Source: Phycisphaerae bacterium
Lineage (GTDB): Bacteria; Planctomycetota; Phycisphaerae; UBA1845; Fen-1342
Direction of reading: 5' to 3'
DNA length: 64,000 bases
Assembly (NCBI GenBank): GCA_963675745.2
Contig: CAXXWX010000027.1
Location: 64,001-128,000, forward strand
The notes beneath the pieces are model-generated. The model was not told the origin of the DNA, made no database searches, and saw only the letters and a program-made list of their open reading frames with translations. Below are positions 48,907 to 57,762 of the stretch, piece by piece (the first letter of the stretch is position 1; every line of letters starts with the position of its first letter). Position numbers and translations under genes: made by a program.

Positions 48907-49014
48907 TAAGAGCACCGGAGTGCCGATGAGGTTCTGCGGGGGCGCGGACACAATCACGCGCCCCAACCGGCTGCGACACCGCCCGGCGCCTACGCGATCG
49001 AGGAGTCTTGCATC

Positions 49015-50199
49015 ATGCCGTTATTCGATTACACCGGACAACTCGAATCGGGAGCGGCGTTTCAAGGCACGCTCGAAGCTCCCTCGCGCGAGGCGGCCGA
49101 GAAGCTGCTGCACGAGATGCACGTACGCGTGACGGCGCTCCGCGCCGCGCGCCGTCTGGCCTATGTCGCACCGCTCTCGCTTGACGACTTCCTTTTCCTC
49201 AACGAGCAGATTGCGGCCATGGCGCAGGCCGGCGTTCCGTTCGAGCGCGGCCTGCGCGAACTGGCCGCCGATGTCGGCTCGCGCAAGCTCAAACGGTTGC
49301 TGCTCGACCTCGCCGACGACCTCGAAGCGGGCACCTCGATCGACGATGCGCTGGAGCGGCAGAAACGGCGCTTTCCAACCAACTACGCCGAAGTGGTGCG
49401 CGCCGGACTCCAGACCGGCGACCTCGGCGGAGCCCTGTACGGGCTGACGGCCCAATTGCGGCTGAAAAGCTCGTTTCAGCGCTCGCTGATCGAGATGACG
49501 GTTTACCCACTTGTGGTGCTGGTGCTCATGTTCTGCGTGCTCTCGTTTGCCATGCGCCAGATTGTGCCGCCGATGGCTGAGGTGTATCTCGATTTCGGCG
49601 CAAAGCTCCCCACCGCCACCAGCCTGCTAATCAGTGCGGCGCGGTCGTGGCCGGCCATCGAAATCGGCGTGGGCGTCGTGGCGTTGGTGTTCGCCGTATT
49701 CGTGATTATTGTTCGCCGGACGCCGGCGCTGCGCGAGGCGGTGGTCAGTAGCATTCCCGGGATCGGGCGCGTGTACTGGGCCAGTGTGCTGTCGCGTTTT
49801 GCGCACACGACGGCGCTTGGGGCCTATTCGGGCACGCCGCTCCCGGAGCTGATTGCCGCCGGCGGGGCCGGTTCTGGCAGTGGGCGACTGGCCGCCGCCG
49901 CCCGCCGATTGGCCGAGCGTCTTCAGTCGGGCATGGGGCTCGAGGATGCCGCCCGTGAGGAATCGCGCATCCCCGCCCTGTGGGTCTGCGCCGTGGCGAC
50001 GGCCGCCCCGCGCGGGGATCTGCCGTCCGCGTTGCAGGAGCTCGCGCGGGTCTACGAAGAGCAGGCCCAGCACTGGGCGAGCGTCGTGCGCATCATGCTC
50101 GGGCCGTTCCTGCTGGCGTTTGTCGGTTTGTTCCTGCTGTTCGTTGTATTGAGCCTGTTCCTCCCGCTGATCAGCCTGGTTCAGTGCCTGTCGGGGTAG
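49015..50199 (+). CDS. GspF/PilC-family inner-membrane platform protein
   Basis: MPLFDYTG..GTLEA, AGVP, VRAGLQTGDL, YP..., SLFLPLI; GAGGAG SD. Confidence 0.92.
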   Translation: MPLFDYTGQLESGAAFQGTLEAPSREAAEKLLHEMHVRVTALRAARRLAYVAPLSLDDFLFLNEQIAAMAQAGVPFERGLRELAADVGSRKLKRLLLDLADDLEAGTSIDDALERQKRRFPTNYAEVVRAGLQTGDLGGALYGLTAQLRLKSSFQRSLIEMTVYPLVVLVLMFCVLSFAMRQIVPPMAEVYLDFGAKLPTATSLLISAARSWPAIEIGVGVVALVFAVFVIIVRRTPALREAVVSSIPGIGRVYWASVLSRFAHTTALGAYSGTPLPELIAAGGAGSGSGRLAAAARRLAERLQSGMGLEDAAREESRIPALWVCAVATAAPRGDLPSALQELARVYEEQAQHWASVVRIMLGPFLLAFVGLFLLFVVLSLFLPLISLVQCLSG

Positions 50200-50201
50200 C
50201 C

Positions 50202-51353
50202 ATGGTAAACGTGCTGTACATCCTGCTGCTGATCGCGCTGCCGCTGCTGCCGGTCCTGTCGATCTGCGCGCTGTGGGCCTGGTTGCGCGCGCGGCGTGAA
50301 CGCGTCCGCATTGTCGTACACACGCTGGCGGCGATTGTGGGGCAGAATCTGCCGCTCACCGCCGCACTGCGCGCCGCGGCCATGCAGGAACGCGGCGCGC
50401 TGCGCCGAATCTTCCGCAGTATGGGCCTGGTTATTGAACAAGGACACACGCTGGCCACGGCGTTGCGGCTGGCCTTCCCGGGTTGTCCAGGGCACGTGGT
50501 TGGCGCCGTCGATGGCGCTGAACGTGGCGGCACGCTGGGTAGCGTATTGCGCTCGCTTTCCGCAGATCTGCGCCGCGGGCGCGGTCAGCCCGGCGTGGGC
50601 GGCACGCTGATCCCCTATTGCGTGATGATGCTGATCGTCGCGCCGACGGTCGTACTGTTCTTCTGTGTACGAGTGATGCCGAAGTACAAAGAGATCTTCC
50701 GCGACTTCGGCACACCACTGCCACCCATCACGGTCTGGCTTTTGAATGCGACGCGCTGGCCGGCTGAATCGCCATGGGCGGTCATGCTCGTTTTTGCCGT
50801 GTTACTGACCGCGCTCTATCACTGGTTCTTCGCGCGCAACTTCCTCGTCCGGGCACCGCAACGCGTGCAGTGGTCTTTGCGCCTGTGGGATGCGCTTGTC
50901 TGGCACGTGCCACTGGCACGGAACGTGGCCAGCACGCGCGCTCTCGCGCGGCAGCTCCCGCTCGTGCTCGCCGGGCTGCGAGCGGGAGCTGATCTGCCTG
51001 AAGCGCTGCGTCAGGCGGCGTGCGTAGGCGTGAATCACCACGCACGCGTGCGGCTGCGCCGGTGGGCCAGCGCTATCGAACGCGGCGCCGAGCCGATCCA
51101 GGCCGCTCGCCTGGCACGTGTGCCTCATCCTGTGCGGGCGGCCCTGGCCGGCGCCGATGACTCACTGGCCATGCGACTCGAGTACCTCGCTCTCTATTAC
51201 CGGGGACTGTGGACCCATTGGGATCAGGTGGCCGCATCCATCCTCGCCCCGCTGGTCGTGATGGTCTGGGCGCTTTGTGTCGGGTTCATCGCGCTGGCCC
51301 TGTTTTTGCCGCTGATCGCGTTGATCCGCGCTGTTTGTGAGACGATCGTCTGA
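50202..51353 (+). CDS. Second, divergent GspF/PilC-family protein
   Basis: LP.TAAL, GAERGGTL, VMPKYKEIFRDFGTPLP, ALFLPLI; extra N-terminal TM. Confidence 0.85.
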   Translation: MVNVLYILLLIALPLLPVLSICALWAWLRARRERVRIVVHTLAAIVGQNLPLTAALRAAAMQERGALRRIFRSMGLVIEQGHTLATALRLAFPGCPGHVVGAVDGAERGGTLGSVLRSLSADLRRGRGQPGVGGTLIPYCVMMLIVAPTVVLFFCVRVMPKYKEIFRDFGTPLPPITVWLLNATRWPAESPWAVMLVFAVLLTALYHWFFARNFLVRAPQRVQWSLRLWDALVWHVPLARNVASTRALARQLPLVLAGLRAGADLPEALRQAACVGVNHHARVRLRRWASAIERGAEPIQAARLARVPHPVRAALAGADDSLAMRLEYLALYYRGLWTHWDQVAASILAPLVVMVWALCVGFIALALFLPLIALIRAVCETIV

Positions 51354-51358
51354 CCGCC

Positions 51359-51793
51359 ATGGAGTTACGGATGTCTGACACAACGGCGGAACTGGTTCGA
51401 TCCGATGGCCCAGCGCGGCGCCCGCCGCGCCACCGCCGCGCTTACCTCCTCGCCGAATTCCTTGTCGCCCTGACGCTCGCTCTTGCCCTGCTGGCGCTCA
51501 TCGCCGCAACGATGGTCGAGTATCAGAAGATGCGGCGTTTCAACGACACGCGGCAGGTGCTGCGCATGGCCGCCGAGGCCCAACTGAACCTGCTGCGCGC
51601 CGGGGTCGAATCAACGCCCGAAGACGTGCGCTTGCCGCGCAGCGCGAAGCTGACTGTTCAGAGAGAGCCGGGCGAAGGTGTTTGGGCGGACTTTACCCGC
51701 GTCACGGTCCGGGCCACCAGGCCGGCGCCACCGCGTGATGATGTAGTCATCGAGCTGTCCACGTACATTCCGACCGCGGAGCTTGCGCCATGA
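51359..51793 (+). CDS. Type IV minor pilin / pseudopilin-like protein (GspI/PilV-like)
   Basis: RRA|YLLAE followed by a hydrophobic helix; Glu+5 retained. Confidence 0.75.
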   Translation: MELRMSDTTAELVRSDGPARRPPRHRRAYLLAEFLVALTLALALLALIAATMVEYQKMRRFNDTRQVLRMAAEAQLNLLRAGVESTPEDVRLPRSAKLTVQREPGEGVWADFTRVTVRATRPAPPRDDVVIELSTYIPTAELAP

Positions 51794-52293
51794 CCGCCCG
51801 TAAAACAAAGCGCCGAGGCTTCGCATTGACCGAGCTCCTGATCTTGCTGGTGAGCGTGACCGTGGTCGTGTGGGCGTTGGGACAGGCTTCGATCCACATG
51901 ATCCACGGTCAGCGGATGGTGGCCAATTGTGCCAATCGCGCGGCGATGATGCGGTCGATAGAAGATCATTTGCGACGCGATTCCGGAAACGCGCGCAGTT
52001 ACACCTGGGACGGGTGTGTGCTGTCGCTCACGTGTCTGACGCCGGACGGCCCGAGTGCGATCGAGTACGAAATCACCGACACCCGGATAACGCGCCACGT
52101 CGATACGACGGTGCGGGATACCTGGGAAGTTCGACGGCTCACGTTCAGCGCTCGCACATCGCACGGGCGCAGTGCCGATCTGTTCTGGATCGAGTTCACG
52201 GAAACGCCATCGGCGGGTGCGCGTCATCTGTCGTCACGGACACACCCGCGTTCTTTCCTGCTGCCATCGGCCGTCACGGAGGGTGACGCATGA
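51790..52293 (+). CDS. Prepilin-type protein (GspJ/PilW-like)
   Basis: KRRG|FALTELLILL class III signal; L.RD motif; ATGA overlap. Confidence 0.82.
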   Translation: MTARKTKRRGFALTELLILLVSVTVVVWALGQASIHMIHGQRMVANCANRAAMMRSIEDHLRRDSGNARSYTWDGCVLSLTCLTPDGPSAIEYEITDTRITRHVDTTVRDTWEVRRLTFSARTSHGRSADLFWIEFTETPSAGARHLSSRTHPRSFLLPSAVTEGDA

Positions 52294-52706
52294 GACATCG
52301 GTTGCAACAGCGTCGCCGGGGCATGATCCTGCTGATGGTCGTCGTGTGGTTTGGCGTGTTGGTGATTCTGGTGTCGGTTATCGGTCGCTACGCATTCGAC
52401 GAGATCCACCGTGAGCGTTACGCCGGCCTGCGCGCGTGCGCCGAACAGCTCGAGCACAGCGCCCGCGCATGGGTGCAACTGCACGGCGCGGAGCTGACCG
52501 CCGGCGAGCCAGTCAAGCTGCCAACGGCCGTGCTAGTACCGGGTGGGTTCACGGCCGGACTGACGGTGCAGCGCATGGCGGCCGAAGCTGAGCCATGGGT
52601 GACCTGCCGGGTGAGAGTCTCGCGCGGACCGCTCAACATCGACTGGCACCGCTCGTGGCCACTCGCCAGCGCCACGAAACAGCCCGAAATGCCGCCCACC
52701 CCGTGA
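52290..52706 (+). CDS. PilX/GspK-like pseudopilin
   Basis: RRRG|MILLMVVV lacking Glu+5; ATGA overlap. Confidence 0.7.
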   Translation: MRHRLQQRRRGMILLMVVVWFGVLVILVSVIGRYAFDEIHRERYAGLRACAEQLEHSARAWVQLHGAELTAGEPVKLPTAVLVPGGFTAGLTVQRMAAEAEPWVTCRVRVSRGPLNIDWHRSWPLASATKQPEMPPTP

Positions 52707-52937
52707 TTTTTCCGTAAATCCACCGCACACGTCCATTTCGCGTTCCCGCACCGACCGGCACGGCGACGCGGTCATCTCGGACGTTGCCCGGTAACCGCTG
52801 ATTATCGACCGCGCCGCCGTCAGGGCGTCGCAGCCGCTTCCACATCTCGATTTGCCTTCGCGCCCCAACACTTTCCATGCTGACAGAGGTTCGTCTGATC
52901 CGTCAATAGGTTTCCTGGCAGCGATGGAGCACTTGAA

Positions 52938-54335
52938 ATGGCGCTGACAATCAGCAATCCCAACGCGATCACATTGATCAACATTCTCAATCGGACATCG
53001 TCGGCACAGAGTGATGCGCTGACGCGTATGTCGACCGGCTCTCGGATCAACAAGGCAAGTGATGATCCGGCCGGTCTTATTGCTTTGCGCAGCGTGGACA
53101 CCGAGATTACCGCGGTGGCCGCCGCCCTCTCGAACAACCAACGCACCGATGCGATGCTCGGCGTGGCTGACAGCGCCATGAGCGAAATCGCGTCGATGCT
53201 CAACGACATTCAGGACCTGGCCCAGAAGTCAACGAACTCCGCCGGGTTGAGCGCGTCGGAACTTGCGGCCAACCAGGCCCAGATCGACAACGCGATCACG
53301 GCGATTGACCGAATCGTCGCCACCACGCAGTTCAACGGTAAAAACCTGATCGATGGTGCTCTGGCGTTGAACACCAGCACCACCAATGGCAGTAGCCGCG
53401 TCACCGACATCAACGTCTTCAGCCGTGGTTCCTCGACCGGGTCCAAGACCCTGACCGTCGAGCTCGACAGCGTGGCCAGCCAGGCCGGCACCAGCGCCAC
53501 GACGTCGACCTACAACGGCGCCGTGACACTCTCGATCCAAGGTACGCTCGGGACGGCGATCATTGAGGTCGCTTCCGGCGCCACAATCAGCGCGGTCGCC
53601 CAACTGATCAACGATGCCGCGGCCCAGACCGGTGTATCCGCCGCTTCAGCCGCCGGCGCCACACTCATGGTTTACAGTCAGGACTATGGCGCCAACGCGT
53701 TCGCGCGCGTCGAGGTGCTCTCCGGAGGTGGCAGCACTTATACCGGCGGCTATGATGCCGGTGTTGACGCTGGTGTGAGAGTTGACGGTCAGGCCGCCGC
53801 GACTGACGGCCTGGAGGTCAGCTATTCACGCGGTGGCTACGACCTGACATTCAACTTGAACTCCGCCTGGGCCACGGCCGGCCAGACCGAAACGATCACA
53901 ATCGCGGCTGATGGCGGCGCAACCTTCCAGCTTGGCACAGATTCGACGACGGTCCAGACTCTCGGCCTGTCGGGCCTTCAGTCCAACCGGCTCGGATCGG
54001 TCAACGACGGATACCTGTCTTCGCTGAAGTCGGGTGGCGGAAACTCGCTGTTCGACAACCCCGGCAACGCCGCCCAGATTGCCGCCGCCGCCTCAAACAT
54101 GCTGTCGATGGCCCAGGGCCGCATCGGCGGGTTCCAGAAGTTCCAGGTACAGACGTCGATCAACGCCCTGGAGGCGACCAACGCGGGTCTCCAGCAGGCA
54201 CGCAGTACCATCGCTGACGTGGACTATGCAACCGAGTCGGCCGAGCTCAACAAGCAGAATGTGCTGATGCAGTCGGCCATGTCGCTTTTGGGTCTGGCGA
54301 ACCAGCAGAGCACGCAGATCCTCAATCTGCTGTAA
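52938..54335 (+). CDS. fliC: Flagellin
   Basis: RMSTGSRINKASDDPAGL, TQFNGKNL, FQLG, STIADVDYATE...VLMQ...LANQQ...ILNLL. Confidence 0.93.
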   Translation: MALTISNPNAITLINILNRTSSAQSDALTRMSTGSRINKASDDPAGLIALRSVDTEITAVAAALSNNQRTDAMLGVADSAMSEIASMLNDIQDLAQKSTNSAGLSASELAANQAQIDNAITAIDRIVATTQFNGKNLIDGALALNTSTTNGSSRVTDINVFSRGSSTGSKTLTVELDSVASQAGTSATTSTYNGAVTLSIQGTLGTAIIEVASGATISAVAQLINDAAAQTGVSAASAAGATLMVYSQDYGANAFARVEVLSGGGSTYTGGYDAGVDAGVRVDGQAAATDGLEVSYSRGGYDLTFNLNSAWATAGQTETITIAADGGATFQLGTDSTTVQTLGLSGLQSNRLGSVNDGYLSSLKSGGGNSLFDNPGNAAQIAAAASNMLSMAQGRIGGFQKFQVQTSINALEATNAGLQQARSTIADVDYATESAELNKQNVLMQSAMSLLGLANQQSTQILNLL

Positions 54336-54372
54336 CAAGCAACGTGCAATCCGGTAGGGGTTCGCATGTCCA

Positions 54373-54414
54373 GGCGGGTCGCGCGGCATTGGCCGCACGG
54401 CCCGCCGCCTCTTT
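54373..54414 (+). terminator. Putative terminator between convergent flagellin and motB
   Basis: ggcgggtcg-c-gcggc-attg-gccgc-a-cggcccgcc hairpin followed by a weak U tract. Confidence 0.5.
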
Positions 54415-54496
54415 GAGTTCGCATTGAACCGACGACCCCGCGCGCAACGTGAGCCTGCCCGGACCATTGTCTCCGCCAGTCCCCAACCCGCCTTAT

Positions 54497-55219
54497 TCAG
54501 TCCTGGACATCCGAGACGGTGAGCGAGAGCTGTACGATCTCGACAATGTCGTTGCGATTGCGTTCGAACTCGCGGTAGGCCTGGGTGGCAATCGGTTCGT
54601 TAGTAGCCGCCGCCACGATGATCAGCCGCTTACGGTCGATGCCGGATCGCACCAGGGCTTCGGCCACGCAACGGGCGCGGGCGTACGCCAGGTCGGTATG
54701 ATCCACAAACTCCGTGCCGTTGACCGGCTTCGCGTTGCAGTGCCCCCGCACTTCTATTTGCGTCCGAAAGCCCCGCAGGTTGGCGGCCAGGCTCGCGAGC
54801 GCCGCCTCCTCGCTGGCGGGCAGCTCGGCCGACAACTCGGCAAACTGTAGTGGCGACCCGACACAGAACCGGTCCGCATCGCGAATCTGGCGGACCTTGT
54901 CGCGCGTGCCGACGATCCCCTCATCTTCGGCCTTGCCCTCGTTTCTGGGGTCGATCGGCACGGTCAGAAAGCGGTCGATGGGGGTGTTTTTCGGCGGGTG
55001 GACCAGGTCTTCGAGCGGTGTCTGCTGCAAGCCGCCCTTATAGCCGAAGGCATCCCGAATCGCCTCCATGAAATCCATCAGCTTATCGTCCTGCTTCATC
55101 TCGCTCATGGAGAGCAGCAGCACGAAGAATGTGAGCAGCAGGGTCACCAGGTCGCCATATGTGACCATCCACTCCGGCGCGCCGCCCCCGCCACCTTTTT
55201 CTTTCTTCGCGATGGCCAC
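54497..55219 (-). CDS. motB: Flagellar stator protein MotB/PomB
   Basis: APEWMVTYGDLVTLLLTFFVLL with conserved Asp; OmpA-like C-terminus (IEVRGH, LAYARA, NR). Confidence 0.9.
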   Translation of the reverse strand: MAIAKKEKGGGGGAPEWMVTYGDLVTLLLTFFVLLLSMSEMKQDDKLMDFMEAIRDAFGYKGGLQQTPLEDLVHPPKNTPIDRFLTVPIDPRNEGKAEDEGIVGTRDKVRQIRDADRFCVGSPLQFAELSAELPASEEAALASLAANLRGFRTQIEVRGHCNAKPVNGTEFVDHTDLAYARARCVAEALVRSGIDRKRLIIVAAATNEPIATQAYREFERNRNDIVEIVQLSLTVSDVQD

Positions 55220-55269
55220 TTTTTCAACCTTGTGCTTGTGCGGGAATCTTCAGCAGCTTGAGTTAGCCC

Positions 55270-55351
55270 GTAGCGTCCGACCCCGAGTCGGACGTGTTCA
55301 GCGAGCGTAGACTCTCCTGAGGTCACGGCCAACTCGGGGGTCGGCCGCTAC
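55270..55351. repeat. GTAG-type REP inverted pair between motA and motB
   Basis: gtagcgtccgaccccgagtcggacg ... cggccaactcgggggtcggccgctac. Confidence 0.75.
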
Positions 55352-55361
55352 GCTAAGCGCT

Positions 55362-56138
55362 CTAGCCGGCCGCCTGTTCGGCCACCTGACGCTGCTGGGC
55401 GTTGAGGAAGGCGGTCAGCTTCTGGGCGACAACGCGCGGGTTGTCGCCCGCCTGGATGCTCATGACACCTCTGACAATCAGGAGCTTGGAGGCCACCTCC
55501 TGCTCGCTGCGCAGCCCCAGCTTATCGGCGACCGGCATGGCGAAAAGATTCGCGACGACCGACCCGTAAAACGTCGTGATCAGCGCGACCGCCATCGAGG
55601 GCCCCAGCGCGTCCGGGTCGCTCATGTTCTGAAGCATGATGACGAGCCCGATCAGCGTTCCGATCATGCCGAAGGCCGGCGCGTATTTGCCAACCGTGTC
55701 GAATATCGCCTTGCCGCCCGCGTGTCGGTCGACGAGCGCCTCAACCTCGCGCTCCATCGCATCCTGGATCACCGCCGGGTCCTGCCCGTCGATCGCCATG
55801 CGCAATCCGCGTGCCAGGAACTCGTCGTAGTCGCTCTCCTGCAACTTGGATTCGAGACTCAGGATTCCGTCGCGCCGGGCGCATTCGGCCAACTGCACCA
55901 GCGTGTTCACGTACTCGACCGGGTCGAGCGGTTTGCTGAAGAAGGCGTTCTTCACCACCCCGAAGACTTTGAGCACATTGCCCAGCGGAAACGCGATCAA
56001 GGTGGCTGATATGGCCCCGCCGACGACCACGGCCAGGGAGGCCGCGTCGATAAACGGCCCGAGCGACGATTTCATCATAATCGCGCCGCAGATCAGCCCG
56101 AGGCCAAGCACAAACCCGATAACAGTGGCGATATCCAT
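55362..56138 (-). CDS. motA: Flagellar stator protein MotA/PomA
   Basis: MDIATVIG, ARRDGILSLE, APAFGMIGTLIGL, MAVALITTFYG, IQAGDNP. Confidence 0.95.
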   Translation of the reverse strand: MDIATVIGFVLGLGLICGAIMMKSSLGPFIDAASLAVVVGGAISATLIAFPLGNVLKVFGVVKNAFFSKPLDPVEYVNTLVQLAECARRDGILSLESKLQESDYDEFLARGLRMAIDGQDPAVIQDAMEREVEALVDRHAGGKAIFDTVGKYAPAFGMIGTLIGLVIMLQNMSDPDALGPSMAVALITTFYGSVVANLFAMPVADKLGLRSEQEVASKLLIVRGVMSIQAGDNPRVVAQKLTAFLNAQQRQVAEQAAG

Positions 56139-56218
56139 GATGACTCACACGGGTCTCGGTGGGCGCACGGGCCTCTCGGCGTGCTTCTGAGCGACGTCCC
56201 AATGCGTCCTTGCAAGTC

Positions 56219-56246
56219 TCATCGGTTGGACCGAAAACCCCGTTCA
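56219..56246 (-). promoter_or_regulatory. Possible sigma-28 promoter for motAB
   Basis: Minus strand TGAA-N16-ACCGATGA versus consensus TAAA-N15-GCCGATAA. Confidence 0.3.
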
Positions 56247-56507
56247 ATAGGGGCATGCTTGTGTCCGGGTCGGCTCGAGGTCCGCGCGCATCCGGCGGGT
56301 TCACAGGCCGGCCGCAGCGTCCGCCATTATCCGCGACCTCTCGTGGGGTATATCGACAGACACCATCGGGCGCATCAACGCGGCCGAAGGGGCATTCTCA
56401 CGTCATTCGGGGCAGCCGAGCACTGCGGCTGGCAGAGGCCTGGCTACAGGTGGCTCAGGCGTGACATGCCGACGGCAGTTGTGATATGGGACCAGCGCGA
56501 GCGCGTG

Positions 56508-57710
56508 TCAGTTATCGGGCATACCAGACCCGCCCGTGCCGGACGCCAGCCGCGCCGTCGCGTCGCGGATTTCCTGCGCGGCCAATTCCCGGTGCGACCG
56601 CGCAGCCAACCCCTCCGCCGCCTCACGCAGAAACTGGATCGCTTCAGCGGGGCGGTGTAGATAGCGGCTCAGGATCAGGCCGATCAGGAGCTTGACCTGG
56701 GTCGTCTCGGGGGACGTCGGATAGGCCTCGAGCAGTGCTGTGTACGCCGCCACCGCACGTACATACTGCTGGGTGTGGTTCAGGTAATTGGCGACGTCCA
56801 GTTGCTGCCGGCGCGGCAATACATGACGTGGATCGTCGGCAACCAACTGCTGATAAAGCGCGCTGGCCTGTTCGAGATTACCCACGGCGGCCGCATCGAG
56901 GATGCGCTCGCGCAATCTCTCCGCCGGTGTGAGTTGCATTTGCCCCATCGGCGTGGAGCCGAGATCCTCGGCGTGAACCGGCCGAGCCGTGCGCGGGTGC
57001 GTCTCGGCAGCCGGGATGGTGAGCCCGCTGCGGCGTCTCCAGCGGTTCCAGAGGGCCAACAGGTCAAACTGGTTGCGCGGCAGCGCGCGGATTGCCAGCA
57101 TCGACATCGCCACGGTGAACCCGAACAGGTATCCGCCAAGGTGAGCGGAGTAGGCCACGTTGGCCGCCATGCCGTGCTGGGAAATCGAGGGCGCAAGGAT
57201 GTTGTCCCATAACACGATCTTGAAAACGATGATGATCAGCGACGGAATCTGAAACCAGGTGATGATTCCGAAGAACAGCAACATCGTGATGTGTACGCGC
57301 GGATACAGCACCAGGAACGCGGTGGTCACGGCGGCAATCGCGCCGGACGCGCCCAGGATCGGGTTGTCGGCCGCAGAGGAAAATACGACGCCGGCGAATA
57401 TTCCGCCCGCCAGATAAAACAACAGGTATACGCGCCCCCCCATCCGATCGCAGACCGCATTGCCGAAGATCCACAGAAACAGCATATTGCCCAGCAGGTG
57501 TGTCAGGTCGCCGTGCAGGAACTGGTAGGTGATGTACTGGTACGGGGACGGCCAGGCGGCGTCCAGCATGTAGAGGTCTTTGAACTCGTGCCCCCATACG
57601 CCGCCGGTGACGTCCGTAATGATGAACACCAGCACATTCAAGGCGATCAGGATGTAATTCGCGTGCGGCGGTTTGCGCGTGCGGACTTCGGTTCCAATCG
57701 GAATAAGCAT
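56508..57710 (-). CDS. Rhomboid-family intramembrane serine protease with C-terminal TPR-like domain
   Basis: FLHG..HLLGNMLFLWIFG, GASG (Ser), AHLGG (His); helical-repeat tail. Confidence 0.93.
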   Translation of the reverse strand: MLIPIGTEVRTRKPPHANYILIALNVLVFIITDVTGGVWGHEFKDLYMLDAAWPSPYQYITYQFLHGDLTHLLGNMLFLWIFGNAVCDRMGGRVYLLFYLAGGIFAGVVFSSAADNPILGASGAIAAVTTAFLVLYPRVHITMLLFFGIITWFQIPSLIIIVFKIVLWDNILAPSISQHGMAANVAYSAHLGGYLFGFTVAMSMLAIRALPRNQFDLLALWNRWRRRSGLTIPAAETHPRTARPVHAEDLGSTPMGQMQLTPAERLRERILDAAAVGNLEQASALYQQLVADDPRHVLPRRQQLDVANYLNHTQQYVRAVAAYTALLEAYPTSPETTQVKLLIGLILSRYLHRPAEAIQFLREAAEGLAARSHRELAAQEIRDATARLASGTGGSGMPDN

Positions 57711-57762
57711 GTTGTCCCTGAGGTACAAGCCGCACCGGGCGGCCGCAGGTTGTGGCCGGCGG

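Noticed and set aside
52707..52937. Sigma-28 promoter or c-di-GMP riboswitch upstream of flagellin
   Set aside because: No correctly spaced TAAA/GCCGATAA pair and no riboswitch core motif found.
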